Shown: piece by piece, positions 29,090 through 40,200 of the stretch
Position numbering within the stretch: the stretch's first letter is position 1
How the letters are laid out: each line of letters begins with the position of its first letter
Source: a virus
Virus record (IMG/VR): IMGVR_UViG_3300008629_000003
Coordinates: 8,694 to 72,693 of that record
Length of the DNA: 64,000 bases
Direction: 5' to 3' (one strand)
Made by a program: the position numbers and the translations under genes
Notes under the pieces: generated by a model
Databases searched by the model: none
What the model saw: only the letters and a program-made list of their open reading frames with translations
Told to the model about the DNA's origin: nothing

Positions 29090-29960
29090 TTTGGCGCTCC
29101 TTGTGGTTTGCATATTGAAGGCACCAGCGAATCGCCTCCCGTCGGGAGATTTTAAATCTTCGCCGTACCTGTCGGATCAAGTGTTCCATCTTTTCGGTTT
29201 TGGTGTCGCCTGATACGCCTTCCAAATCTTCCTTAACGACTGCGCCGGTTCCCGCGCCACCCGCGGTAACCGCTTTGGCGAGTGTGCACCGCGCACCTTT
29301 GGGGCATTTGCAGTTGCGGCAGGCATCGGCGCCGACCATCCCCTTGCGCAGAAAGGCTAACTCCATCGGCTCCAAGGTCGTGTCTGGATTGACCGGAACC
29401 TCGCACACGGCCGCACAGGTCACCTTAGCGTAGAGGACACGCTTTCGACATGGCGACAACGCCATAGAACCCTCAGCGCTCAAGCCTAGAGGCCGCGGGG
29501 TGCCCTTGAGAAGCTGTGACAAGCTCCAGAAATGATCCGCACGATCAAGCTCGCCCGGGCTAGGCCATTTGTCGGGGGGCAGAAACTTCTGCCATGATTG
29601 GGGGTCCGTCCGGTCAAACAGGTGACCCGTAGTCCAAAATCCGACTTTGCCGTGCGACTTGCTCAACTCTGTGTCGCCGGCGTGAAACTCCAAGGTTGTC
29701 GGAACGCCAACAATGATCGGCTTTCCATCTGGGCCGACTATGTGGGTGTCGTTCCAGAATCCGCCTTTTATGTACTCTTCCCAATTGATATGTCCGAGCT
29801 CGCGCGCTGCGTCCATGATCTGATCGTCGCGATCGACGGTGGGTACCACGCCACCATCTGGGCCGATCTTCCCATAGGTCATCAGCCAACCCCCGAGCGG
29901 GCGCGTTGGTCGCCATCCGGCGCCGCGGCTTTTGACCAAGGGTACAACTTCGCCTTTCAT
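29082..29960 (-). CDS. Prohead protease
   Basis: DRDDQ, WNDTH, LGLSAEG (catalytic Ser motif), VPVNPDT; start uncertain. Confidence 0.8.
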   Translation of the reverse strand: MKGEVVPLVKSRGAGWRPTRPLGGWLMTYGKIGPDGGVVPTVDRDDQIMDAARELGHINWEEYIKGGFWNDTHIVGPDGKPIIVGVPTTLEFHAGDTELSKSHGKVGFWTTGHLFDRTDPQSWQKFLPPDKWPSPGELDRADHFWSLSQLLKGTPRPLGLSAEGSMALSPCRKRVLYAKVTCAAVCEVPVNPDTTLEPMELAFLRKGMVGADACRNCKCPKGARCTLAKAVTAGGAGTGAVVKEDLEGVSGDTKTEKMEHLIRQVRRRFKISRREAIRWCLQYANHKERQSA

Positions 29961-30010
29961 GCGAAAACTGTGTTTGTGGATTGGCGGATTCTGTGACGCT
30001 TCACACCTCA

Positions 30011-30056
30011 AACAAAAAAAGACCCACCATCCGAGAGCGAAAAAGGATGGTGGGCC
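30011..30056 (-). terminator. Rho-independent terminator or attenuator upstream of the protease-scaffold-capsid genes
   Basis: CCCACCATCC/GGATGGTGGG stem followed by TCTTTTTTTGTTT on the - strand. Confidence 0.7.
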
Positions 30057-30103
30057 GTAGCTGTCGAGAGCCCGCACTCTCATAGCCGCACGCCTACATG
30101 TGA

Positions 30104-30379
30104 TCACGTTTGTGGAGGATTGTCAACAACTCGGCGCACAATTACCCTTCTGCGGGCTTTGGGCGTGGCGGCGGCGGGCTCTTTTAGCGGCGCGGAGCTC
30201 AACAGCGGAACCTCTATGTCTGCGCCACAGCCACCGGGGCACAGCGCCACCACCCGGCCGTCGCTTCCAACCTTGATGATCCTGTTGGCCAACGTCCACT
30301 CCCCGCGTCGCTTTTTCCACAGCGATTTGTCGCAGGTGTGGCATTTCACCTCCACCGCGGCCGGATCAATCGCGGCCAA
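30104..30379 (-). CDS. Small zinc-ribbon protein (Mu Com-like)
   Basis: VKCHTCDKSL...ALCPGGC. Confidence 0.55.
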   Translation of the reverse strand: MAAIDPAAVEVKCHTCDKSLWKKRRGEWTLANRIIKVGSDGRVVALCPGGCGADIEVPLLSSAPLKEPAAATPKARRRVIVRRVVDNPPQT

Positions 30380-30608
30380 TGATTGCCTCTAGTCGAGCGC
30401 GCTCCGCTAGAAGAGCCCTGAGACGGCGGTGCGTAAAGATGCCGCCGACGTCTTTGCTCAGGGCTTCTTGGGCCTTCTGTATTGCTGGCCCCATCGTGTC
30501 GAGCTGGGCCTTCGCTCGGGCGATCAGCTTCTTGCGCTGCGCGTCCGACTGAAGCCGGTGGGTTTTAAGGCGTACCAGATGACCGACTGCTTGTTGGTGC
30601 TGACTCAT
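30366..30608 (-). CDS. Hypothetical helical protein
   Basis: ATGA overlap with the giant upstream gene. Confidence 0.55.
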   Translation of the reverse strand: MSQHQQAVGHLVRLKTHRLQSDAQRKKLIARAKAQLDTMGPAIQKAQEALSKDVGGIFTHRRLRALLAERARLEAIIGRD

Positions 30609-33600
30609 GCTGCCCCTTTGTGCTTTTCTTGGAGGGCCTTTTGGTACGCGAAGGCGACCCCGTGCTCGTCTAGGTTAGCGAGCGGGCTTTGGAATACATC
30701 GGCAAGCCCGCTTTTACGGCGCAATCTGCGGCGCGCGGACGTGTCGAATTCTGTGTCTGTGTGCCAATCGTGGACGTCCACATTTCCCGTTTGGCCTTGC
30801 CGGTACGCACGGCCGGATCTCTGGGCGTGACTCTTCATCGTTTGCGGGACGTCGTAGTGGTGGATCGCTTTCCCTCGCTGAAGATTGAGCCCCGCCTCTC
30901 CCGACGCCGTGGATACAATGACGTCGTGCTTCGGCGGGCCGCTCCCCTTCGGGTCGAATCCAAGCCTCACCGAATCGCGAGCCGACGCGGTGAGTCCCCC
31001 ATGGTACAGCGCGGAACGTAGACCGCGGCGGCGAAGCTCTTCGTGGATAAGTTTCGCGCCTGCCAGAGAATCGGAGAACACAATCGAAGGTTTCCCCTTT
31101 TGGCTGTTGCCGTCACGGTCCACATAGAGCCCGTGGTTTACGTCGTGCTCCAGCACGTCGGCCATTTGCTTGAGTTTTTGGTTGTGCTCTACCGGGGCCA
31201 GGTTTACCGCGCGGCGCATAGCGGACTCTCGAATGATTCCGAGGCTCCGCGACAAGTCACGCGCTACGCGTTCGTGGTCGGCGGCGGGAATATCGAACTT
31301 TCCAGGCGCCGCCAAGAACTTCATCGCTTCCACATCTACGCCCCCACGTTGCCGGGCGGCCCTTGCTCGCTCGTACATTTTTTTGGTCTTGTCTACCAAC
31401 GCCGCGTGCTTTCCCGTTAGCTTGATCGGTCCTTCGCCGGGCACCTTCCGTCCCTCTACGATCCGCGGGTTGGAGCTATCCAGACGCTTGACCCCTTCTG
31501 GCTTCACGTGGGCCGTGTAAGTCATGTGGGCCATCTCGCGGCGGATCGCGTCTGGATTGTGCGCGAGGTCTTGTCCATATGCCTGCATGAATTCGTGAGC
31601 GTCTTGGTACTTCACGGGATCGAGCTTCGATGCCATGGCGAAGACTTCGCGCTCATCGTTTTTGTGCGGCGTAGCCGTCCCGGCCAAGTAGTGTGTACGA
31701 TTGATCGGGTGACTTACGGCGCTATTCATCATCGCGACCCCGCTTGGGTTGTCTCTCCACGTCCCAAGGTGCGCCTCATCCTCATACACCATGTGCTTTG
31801 GGATCCCGTGGGCATCGAAAGCCTCACGCATCCACCGGGCGCGGGTCTCGGGCGTGGCGCTTTCCATGTCGGTCCTCATTTGCTTGGGTGTTCGGCCATG
31901 GTGTTCGCTCATGAGCTGGAGGGCAGTGTCGCGGAATGCCTGGTGTGTCATCACCCGCATGTGCAACGAATCGTCTTTGAGCATTGCCACGCGGTCGGCG
32001 TGCTTTTTGCCAACGCCTGTGCTCCAATTGTATTGGCCCGGCTCGGTAAATTGAAGCATTGCGCTATCAAATTGCGATTGGACGGCAGCGGGCACCAGAA
32101 ACAAACCGTGCTTTGTGTCGCCAGCGCTGTGTAGGTGTGTGAATCCCCCGATCCCGATCGCCGTCTTACCCGTACCAGTCCCAAGGAACGCTCCAACCGA
32201 TCCAGATTCCTGCAACATCTTGATCACGCGCTGGCCGTGGACACGCTCTTTATCCATGCGGATACCAAACAGCGGCACTTTTTGGCCAGCTTTGAAGCCC
32301 TTGCCGACCTTGCTTACCATGGATGTTAGCTGCTCTTCGGCTTGTTTGCCGAGCGTGTGGCGCTCGCCTTTGCCGGGGTCCGGTAGCTTCCGCGCTTCTT
32401 TTTGGGGCGGCGGTTTTGCGCTGAACATCGCCATTTGGTTTTGCCTGTCGATCTCCTCGTGAACCAAATGCTCAGACGCTTTGCGCTTTGCCGCGCCCTT
32501 TCCGCCCATATCCGCGAATCCGCCGCGCTCACGTTTTTGCACCTTGGCGTACATGCTTCGTTGTTCCGATAGATACTGGTCCAGCTCATCCGGCGTCGAC
32601 GTGCCTTTTATGTGCCGCTCTTTGTTCGGGATTTCTTGAACGCCAACGCGCAACGATCGGCCCGTGAGCTGACCGTGGTGGCGCTGCATCGTTTTTGCGA
32701 AGTCGCCGCGGATCTCGTGCTGCATAGCGGTCTGGGCGAGCTCCAGAGACGTGTGCGCGTTTACAAACTTCCCCCACGCGGTTGGCTGCTTGGCGACCTC
32801 GTCTTTGATTTCACGAACCCGAGCGGGATCTGGGTTGTCTCCGAGCGCGGAGATCGCATCTTGCAAGCTGGCGCGGCGGTATTTTTTGAGAACTTCGTCA
32901 CGGTCGCGCGCCCAGTCCTTCCACTCTGGGGACGGCCCCGGCGCCATGAAGGACATACTCAGCGTCCCCCGATCCGGGTTTGGCTCGGGGCCTAGCTTTT
33001 GCATTTCGGCCATGTATCGGGTTTCATCGACCTTTGTTTTCTTGTCGATCCCCATTCGGTCATAGTAAAAATCTCGGAGCGCGGCCTTGTCGTCGTGCGT
33101 CATTTCCGCCAACGGCTTGAAGGCTGCGACCGCGGTTGGGTGTTCCGCAAGCGACCGAAATACCGCCTCGTGGGTATTTGGGTCGTTCACCTGCAAATCT
33201 TGGGAGTGGATAGCCCCGGCCGTTTTGCCGTAGGTCTTCTCCATGAACCGATCCGAAAGCCCCTCGAAATGTTCCGACACCTCCTCATACTTGACCTTTT
33301 TCCCGTCCTCCCCTCTCATCGGAAAGAGCTCACGCACGTGATCGATGTATTGCTGACGGTCGGGTGCTCGTTCTATGTTCTGCGGGCTCAACAGGTCGGT
33401 CATTACGGCCGACGGGTGCTCGCCCTCTGCCAGCCTAGATCCAATGTGGTCCTCTAAGCCTTGCCGCACGTCTGAACCCAGGTCCAAATCCTGATACAAC
33501 GGAGGCGACTCGGGGACCGGGTCATTAAACGACGAATTTGCACGGCGCGCGATTCCCGTTGGTAACCAGCCCTCCTCGTCGTGTTCGCCGTTACGAATCG

Positions 33601-36600
33601 CAACGGCACGCGCCCGCTTTTCCATTTCGGCCTTCGGCGTCTTTGTGATCAAATTATCCCAGGAACCGCTCGGGATACTGACCTTTTTCTGCTTGTGGTC
33701 GACTTGGTAATGCTCGGGCCGCAATCCAACGGAATGAAGCCACTGGAGCGTCGTTGCTGTGTCGCCCTTGACTTCTAGTTGGTCGGGTAGACGCGTACGA
33801 AATGCGTGGCCCATGGTTGCCGTCGCTTCCATCTTGCCAATTGCCGCCCCGACGGCCGACTGTGCGTCGTCGATGTCTTGGTTGTAGGCGTCAAGCTGCA
33901 ACAACGCCGTCTCAATATCCCCGGCCGTCTCCACCGCTGTTGACAGGTCGGGGACGATCTTGTTTGCGGTGGCGATGGCATCGGCCGCCACCGGTTCCAA
34001 TCGGTCGGCGTGATACCCCTCCAGCGCGTGCAAGACCGTGGATCCGTCGTGGCCGTCGGACTCCAGCGCAAACCGAGTCAGAATCGCCGCATTTTTCAAT
34101 CCTATGGCCTCGACTGTGCTTCGGTCTAGATAGCGTTGACCACCAATACCAAGAGACACATCGGCGATTTCTGAATAATGCGCCTGGGCCACGGAGTTTA
34201 ACGCCACCGAGCTACCCGTATCGTGCAGACCCAAAAGCTGATTAGTGAGCGACCGCTGGGTCTGCTCTCGTATGGATTCGGTTGTTTTAGTGTCTAGCGC
34301 CTCGCTCACGTCGATCTTGAAAGCCGACCGAGCCGCTAGATAGTCGCCCTTCTCGATCTCCTTGTTGAGCTTGCGGAACTCTTTCGACTTCTGGGCGAGC
34401 TCCACCGCGTCCGACAACACCTCGCGCATTTCTGCGAGCTCCACCGGCTGGGGGGGGGCTTTTTCTGCCTCAAGCAACCCCAGACGTTTGGCCGTCCCGG
34501 CCGCGCGGGCAAATGACCCGACCATGTCTCCATGCGCCAGGGCCTTCATTGCGGTGTGAGGCGATTCTTCTTTTTCAATTTCTGCAAAACGCTTTGCGCG
34601 CGACTTCTCCACCTCAAACCGGCGCAGCTTGGCGGCGGCGGCGCGCTGGAGCTCTTCTTTGCCGTCGTCGGCCGTTTCTTCCAACCCTCGCCGCTTCATT
34701 TCCTCACGTACGGCCGGGTGCTTTAGCGCCGCGGCGTCGCCTTCTGATGCGGCCTTTAGCAGTCGCGCGTCTTGCAGGGCTTGAAGCGACCGTCGGGTCA
34801 CCTCGTCGCTGGCTTTTGGTGGCGTCGAAGGTATTCCGCCTTTGTCATCCCGACCGCCTAATCGCTCCAGCTTTTTGTCGGGGCTTGGTTGAGAGTCGAT
34901 GATCTCCAGCGCAGCCTCAGCCGCTTTGGACCCAACTTCCGACTTTCCCGCTGATCGACGTTGCTTGCGTTTTCGCCGGTCGATTTTTCTCTCTTCTCGT
35001 TCGCGGTTATCTAGTTGCAACGCCAACGTCGCCAACTCTTGCGCCTTTGCCGCTACGGCCGGCGTTTCTTTCATCGCTTGCGCGACGTTGGCTTTCCAAC
35101 CCGCTTGCTGGCCTTTTGCTTCGGCCACCTTCTCGGCAATCTCGCGCGCTTGCGCCTTTGCTTCTCGTAGCTGTTTGGCATGGTGCCGCGAAAGCACCAG
35201 ATTTTTGGCACCCTTCGGCATGTGGATCAAGTTGGATTCGTCTAGATCCTCGGATACGTTGCCAGCTTTGGCGCGAACCTTTTCGATAAAATCCCGCTCG
35301 GCGCCGCGCTTGGCATCTTTGACCTTTTGCTTGGCCTGCTTTTCGTCCTCAATAGCCGCCGCGCTCATTTTGCTTTTGCGCTTTTTCTCTTCGACGGCCT
35401 TCTTCTTTCGCCGGCCTTTGGCCTCTTTCTTGTACTCCTCCTCCGATTTAATGTCCTTGAGTTTGAGGTAGCTTAGCTTTCCACCGGCGCCGCCGACAAT
35501 ACGGTGAACCCCTTCGCCGGCCGGCTCAATGATCACCGGCACCCCGCGCTCATCTTTGCCATTCGGGTGCACGGTGATCCACCGCTGGCCAGGCTTGAGA
35601 GGGAGTGAAGCTTTTCGCATGGGTTGCGGCAACAGACCCGAAAGCTTGTCATAAGTCGCCTGGTATTTCTCGGTCTCCTCTTCGGACGCAAGAAACCACA
35701 TGACGCTGGACAGGTGGTCAGCCCACAAACGCCACCGACGCGACGCTCTTTCGATCCGCCCCGGGTCTCTTGACTCCAACGCGCTCTCTAGGATTTTTCG
35801 GCGGGGTCGCTCTTGCTTCTGTAGCTCTTGGACGTTTTCTGGAAACAGGGCGTGGTCGTGGCGATAGTAGAACGAAGAGAGCTCCTCCACGTCGGTGGCT
35901 TCGTCGCCCCCCTCAACTGCTTGGCCTAGATCCATCATCTGGAGGTGACCGTTTGCATCTCGGCCGACCTGGATCTGATCGTTGATTGTCCAGCCGTGGT
36001 CGTGCATGTGCAACACAGCGTCGCGGACGTGGTCTAGCTCGTCGGGGGTCAGGTCTTTGGCTTCGTCCAAATACGGCCGAATCATCCAAAACCGGCCGTC
36101 GTAGACGCCGCCGCTTGCCTTTTGCACCATCGGCAAATCTTGCAACGCTTTGCGAGCGAGGTATTCGTTGCGCAAATGATCGATCGCTTCGGCTGGCGTT
36201 CGGTGGCCGTCGCTTTCGGCCTGAAACGGCGTCGTGGTTGAAACCTTAACGACGTGGCCGCCCACCCGATACACGACCCCGTCCTGCCCTTTTCCTAGAT
36301 ACTTGCCGCCACCGCTCAACAGCTTTTTGATTACGGGGTGTGGAGCTCCCTCGGGGTCGTGGTGGAGCTCTTTACGCATGTCGTGAATATGGTGCGGGAC
36401 CGATTGTGTCGGCACCTTGTACGGCCGGCTAGTGTGCTCCCCGCCGTGGGTAAACGAGCGCTTACGGGTGAGCCATGTATGATTTTCGTCCTGCTTGTGA
36501 ACATGAATCGACCCGCCGCCGTACGCGTTCGGAGTTTCCCACGACGCGCCGGGCTTGACGTCATTTTCGTGGACCTTTTGCCAGCGCTTGACGCCCGTCT

Positions 36601-37012
36601 TGGTGGTCTTGAGTACAAGCCCCGGCCGGTTTTTTAGGCGCTGGCCTTTCTGCAACGCCTTTGGCACCCACGCCCGCCAATTCTTGATCGCCGACACTGG
36701 GAACCGCTTTTCCCCCTTTGGCGAATGTGCGTCGTGGACCGTGTATTGGCCGTGTTCGATCCGGTGGGATGACCCATCCTCGGCAATGGCCCGCACGCCC
36801 GCGGCGCCCGACGATTGGCTCAGGCCACGGTACGCGTTCCCGTTTGCATCGGCCCAGCGTAGATAAGCGCGACGGCCCCAGCCAACTGACGCATAGCGGT
36901 GCTTGTGGGGCACCTTGACCGAAAACGATTCTCCGCTATCTCCGCAGGTTATGTCCAGCTCGACGTGGCTTGGCCTTGCTGTCGTGCAACACCTACAAGG
37001 ACGAAAGGGCAT
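30605..37012 (-). CDS. Giant polyvalent protein: kinase-like domain plus SNF2/SF2 ATPase
   Basis: YLGKGQDGVVY..VVK, DLG; GTGTGKT, DEAH, TATP, GEAGLNLQ, QRSGRAYRQGQ. Confidence 0.85.
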   Translation of the reverse strand: MPFRPCRCCTTARPSHVELDITCGDSGESFSVKVPHKHRYASVGWGRRAYLRWADANGNAYRGLSQSSGAAGVRAIAEDGSSHRIEHGQYTVHDAHSPKGEKRFPVSAIKNWRAWVPKALQKGQRLKNRPGLVLKTTKTGVKRWQKVHENDVKPGASWETPNAYGGGSIHVHKQDENHTWLTRKRSFTHGGEHTSRPYKVPTQSVPHHIHDMRKELHHDPEGAPHPVIKKLLSGGGKYLGKGQDGVVYRVGGHVVKVSTTTPFQAESDGHRTPAEAIDHLRNEYLARKALQDLPMVQKASGGVYDGRFWMIRPYLDEAKDLTPDELDHVRDAVLHMHDHGWTINDQIQVGRDANGHLQMMDLGQAVEGGDEATDVEELSSFYYRHDHALFPENVQELQKQERPRRKILESALESRDPGRIERASRRWRLWADHLSSVMWFLASEEETEKYQATYDKLSGLLPQPMRKASLPLKPGQRWITVHPNGKDERGVPVIIEPAGEGVHRIVGGAGGKLSYLKLKDIKSEEEYKKEAKGRRKKKAVEEKKRKSKMSAAAIEDEKQAKQKVKDAKRGAERDFIEKVRAKAGNVSEDLDESNLIHMPKGAKNLVLSRHHAKQLREAKAQAREIAEKVAEAKGQQAGWKANVAQAMKETPAVAAKAQELATLALQLDNREREERKIDRRKRKQRRSAGKSEVGSKAAEAALEIIDSQPSPDKKLERLGGRDDKGGIPSTPPKASDEVTRRSLQALQDARLLKAASEGDAAALKHPAVREEMKRRGLEETADDGKEELQRAAAAKLRRFEVEKSRAKRFAEIEKEESPHTAMKALAHGDMVGSFARAAGTAKRLGLLEAEKAPPQPVELAEMREVLSDAVELAQKSKEFRKLNKEIEKGDYLAARSAFKIDVSEALDTKTTESIREQTQRSLTNQLLGLHDTGSSVALNSVAQAHYSEIADVSLGIGGQRYLDRSTVEAIGLKNAAILTRFALESDGHDGSTVLHALEGYHADRLEPVAADAIATANKIVPDLSTAVETAGDIETALLQLDAYNQDIDDAQSAVGAAIGKMEATATMGHAFRTRLPDQLEVKGDTATTLQWLHSVGLRPEHYQVDHKQKKVSIPSGSWDNLITKTPKAEMEKRARAVAIRNGEHDEEGWLPTGIARRANSSFNDPVPESPPLYQDLDLGSDVRQGLEDHIGSRLAEGEHPSAVMTDLLSPQNIERAPDRQQYIDHVRELFPMRGEDGKKVKYEEVSEHFEGLSDRFMEKTYGKTAGAIHSQDLQVNDPNTHEAVFRSLAEHPTAVAAFKPLAEMTHDDKAALRDFYYDRMGIDKKTKVDETRYMAEMQKLGPEPNPDRGTLSMSFMAPGPSPEWKDWARDRDEVLKKYRRASLQDAISALGDNPDPARVREIKDEVAKQPTAWGKFVNAHTSLELAQTAMQHEIRGDFAKTMQRHHGQLTGRSLRVGVQEIPNKERHIKGTSTPDELDQYLSEQRSMYAKVQKRERGGFADMGGKGAAKRKASEHLVHEEIDRQNQMAMFSAKPPPQKEARKLPDPGKGERHTLGKQAEEQLTSMVSKVGKGFKAGQKVPLFGIRMDKERVHGQRVIKMLQESGSVGAFLGTGTGKTAIGIGGFTHLHSAGDTKHGLFLVPAAVQSQFDSAMLQFTEPGQYNWSTGVGKKHADRVAMLKDDSLHMRVMTHQAFRDTALQLMSEHHGRTPKQMRTDMESATPETRARWMREAFDAHGIPKHMVYEDEAHLGTWRDNPSGVAMMNSAVSHPINRTHYLAGTATPHKNDEREVFAMASKLDPVKYQDAHEFMQAYGQDLAHNPDAIRREMAHMTYTAHVKPEGVKRLDSSNPRIVEGRKVPGEGPIKLTGKHAALVDKTKKMYERARAARQRGGVDVEAMKFLAAPGKFDIPAADHERVARDLSRSLGIIRESAMRRAVNLAPVEHNQKLKQMADVLEHDVNHGLYVDRDGNSQKGKPSIVFSDSLAGAKLIHEELRRRGLRSALYHGGLTASARDSVRLGFDPKGSGPPKHDVIVSTASGEAGLNLQRGKAIHHYDVPQTMKSHAQRSGRAYRQGQTGNVDVHDWHTDTEFDTSARRRLRRKSGLADVFQSPLANLDEHGVAFAYQKALQEKHKGAA

Positions 37013-37015
37013 GTG

Positions 37016-37240
37016 TCACCTTGGGAGATCAGACGCATCATGGCCGGTCACGGGGCTATATCGGATCGCGCCGGCTGTTTCTTTCAAGTCGTGCAGGAGC
37101 TTCCGGTAGCGTTCCCGCTCTAGCGGAGAGCTAGAAGACTGGATCGCTTTTTCGACGCGACCAACCGCCGCCTCTAGTTTTCCGCTCGATTTTTGAAGCT
37201 TGATCTCTGCCAAAATCGACTCAGCATGTAGCGCTTTCAT
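37016..37240 (-). CDS. Hypothetical protein
   Basis: Fills the gap in the operon; carries LQKS and VEKA motifs. Confidence 0.55.
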   Translation of the reverse strand: MKALHAESILAEIKLQKSSGKLEAAVGRVEKAIQSSSSPLERERYRKLLHDLKETAGAIRYSPVTGHDASDLPR

Positions 37241-37243
37241 ATT

Positions 37244-40200
37244 CTACCCCCGAAACCAAAACGTCCCCACACGGCGCAGCGGGCGGGCCTCCCGAGTGGG
37301 ACGCGCCGGTGCAGCTTTTACGAATACAAGGCGCCGCCCCTTGGCCATTTTCTTGGCCCCCTCCACAAACATCCCGGGCGCGGTCGCCTTCAACACCTTG
37401 AGTTGCCTGTGCAGGCCGTTCCAATGGTGATGCTCAAACGGGCTGTCACCATATCGATAGGTGTGGATCTTGAAATCGCCGACGCGGTTTGACCGACCAA
37501 GCCGGCCGTGCGCTTGTAGCATTTGCGCGGCGTCGTCGGGATTGCCCAAGACGTGAAGGTGGTCTCCTTCCGCCAAGTTGTGGCCGCTGGCGCTTGTTCG
37601 GTCGATCAAGAGATAGCCGCCCTTTGTCCCTTTCCACGCGCGCTTACGCTCCTCGATAGCAGCGACCGGCTTTCCATCTCGCTTGACCGTTGCACCCTTC
37701 GCGCTCTGGGTGATGTTTCGCACGTTCGCGCGGTCCACACCCATCCCGTGAAGCATAGCCGTAACCGACCGACGCTGATCTGCGCTGTCCACAAAAATGA
37801 CGTGTCGTTCGTCTTTCTTCGCGCCCTGTATCTTTTTTTGCAGGGTGGAAAGCTTTGGATTGTGGCTCACATCGCCACCCCCTAGATTTGCCCGATGCTC
37901 TTTTTCCATTTGAGCCATCGCCTTCTCTGTTGCTTTCTTGCGTAGAGCTCCAAAGGAGGTCTCGGCATACCCCCGCACGCCTGCACGCTTCTTGTCGTAA
38001 AACTGATCGATCGTTGCTTGAACGTGCGCCCCGACGCGCGCCTCGATCCGTTTCTGCGCCCGTAGCTGCGGTTTCGACATTTTGACCGGGTTGTCCGTGT
38101 GCTCGATGTTGTAGTGCGGCGCGACCTGTCGATCTGCGGACATGTGCGGCTTTAGCTCGTCGTACATCATTCGTTGGATCGCGGCGTCCTGTGCGTTCGT
38201 TCCGCCACCAAACCCACTGAACGCCCGTTCGAACCGCGTTCGATAGCCAAGAACGCCCGGGCGAGCCCAGTTGACAATATCGTAAGCCTCAACCGGGTGC
38301 TCGGTCGCCGGCGTGGCGGTCAAGGCGTGGCGGTTCTTTGCTGGGATTTTAAAAATCCGTTTCGCACCCGCTGACATTTTGCCGCTTCCGCTTTTGCTGC
38401 GAAGCTCTTGCGGCTCGTCAATCCCTACGCTGTCCCACTCGTGAGCCTCCGCTAGGGCTGCGTGGTCGTACCTGCCGGCGTGCGTGTGGCCTACGATCAC
38501 AGTTGACCCCTCTGGGGCTGCCGCTAAAATGGCGTGCCTTTCTGCTTTGGTGCTTTTCGCAGGCAAAACGACGACCGGGATATTGGTAAACGATTCGATC
38601 TCTGCTTTCCATTGTGCTTGACGTCCATCTGGGACGATCCGTAAATGGCGGCCTTTCGGGTTGTCTTTCAGCATTTTGCCCGCGACGCCGACCGACACCA
38701 GCGTTTTCCCACCGCCCGTCCTCATGGTCAACAGGCCACCGCCCGAGCCATGTAGCCACTCGGTGTTGTTGCGCTGGTCGGCCATCAGGCTGATCTTTTT
38801 CCCGGCCATGTGCTTGAGGTCACTTGGCAACATTGAAGCGTCTGGGAACGTGTCTCGAAACCCGTGGACCTTGTAGTCGTGGACCCACTCTCGCCCCTCC
38901 GCGTCTTTGGCGATCCCGTCTGTGTTTCGCTTTACCGAGTCCCATTTTGCGTTATCCGCTCGGTCGGCCTCTGTGCGCGTCACGAACTTTCGGAGCGCTT
39001 GACTGTCGGTGTGAATCTCGTGCATTCCCGTTTGCAGATTATACCGGACTTTCTTCTTAAATCGGCCAAGCCGCGCCAACTTATCCTCTAGGGCTATCTT
39101 CGACGCGACCTTGATCACCACCGGGTGATGCTTTCGCCAACCCTCGCCCAAGGCCATCTCACCAAAGTGATACATCGACGCGGACACCTGCATACTCCCG
39201 AGCGCACCCCCAAGGTTTTCGCGCTGCTCCATGAGGTTGCGCGCTCGGAGCATTTCGATCGTTATTTCGGATTGTAGGTCGCCCTTCTCGACCTGCCTTT
39301 CTAGATCGTCCGCTTGGTTTTGTAGCTCTGCGTGGCGGGCTAGGGCTTTCTTCTCGGTGTCGCGCTGGCCTTTTACGTTGTCGCTTCCCAGCTTCGACAC
39401 CCATTGCGCGAAATCACGATCGGACATCTCGCTGCGCATCCGTTGTACCACCGCCACAGATGCGGCCTCGGGGCCTAGCGCGTCGATCAGCTTTTTGACA
39501 TCGTATCGGACGGCCAACTCGTCGCCGATCAAGCCCGCGATCGCCGTGGACGCTCCATTGGTGACCGCGCCGTTCAGCTTGTTGCCGATGTGCTCGTTCC
39601 AATGTGGCATGATCGCTTGGTAAAACGCACCATCTGACCCCGCGGACATCGCTTGCTCTCGAAAGTCGATCGCGAAATTTTCGAGCTCTTCGTCGGTTAG
39701 GGACCGCGCCTCGATTTTGAGAGCCTCAAGCGCTGTCGGTGAGGCGTTCTCAGCTTCGGGCAACGCTTCCAAGGTTGCGGCGATTTCCTTTGAGTCCCGG
39801 CGAGCTACAACGAGCTCCCGAAACCTCTCGACGGCCTCTTCTGCGGCCTCGTGCGACATGATCGGGCGCGTCTCGGGCTCGGGCTCGGCGTCCTCTCCAG
39901 CGTCATCCTCGGCGGCACCATCCTGAATCGGGCCATCTTCGCCGCCGATCGTTATCATCGGCGGCGAAGATGTATCTCCCGGGTCTCCCTCCTGATCCTC
40001 GGGTGCGCCATCGGGCGCGTGCTCCTTGGCCCAGGAGGCCGGGTCGGCGTCGGGGTCGCTTTCGCTTTCGACTTCGTCTTCAGTGCTTCCCACTGTATCA
40101 GGACCGCCGGTTGTTGTCGGCGTGGTTTCTACTTCCGCCTCTGCGGGGACAAAAGGGGCGCCGTCGTCTGGTACGTCGTTCTCCTCAAACCGACTGTCCT

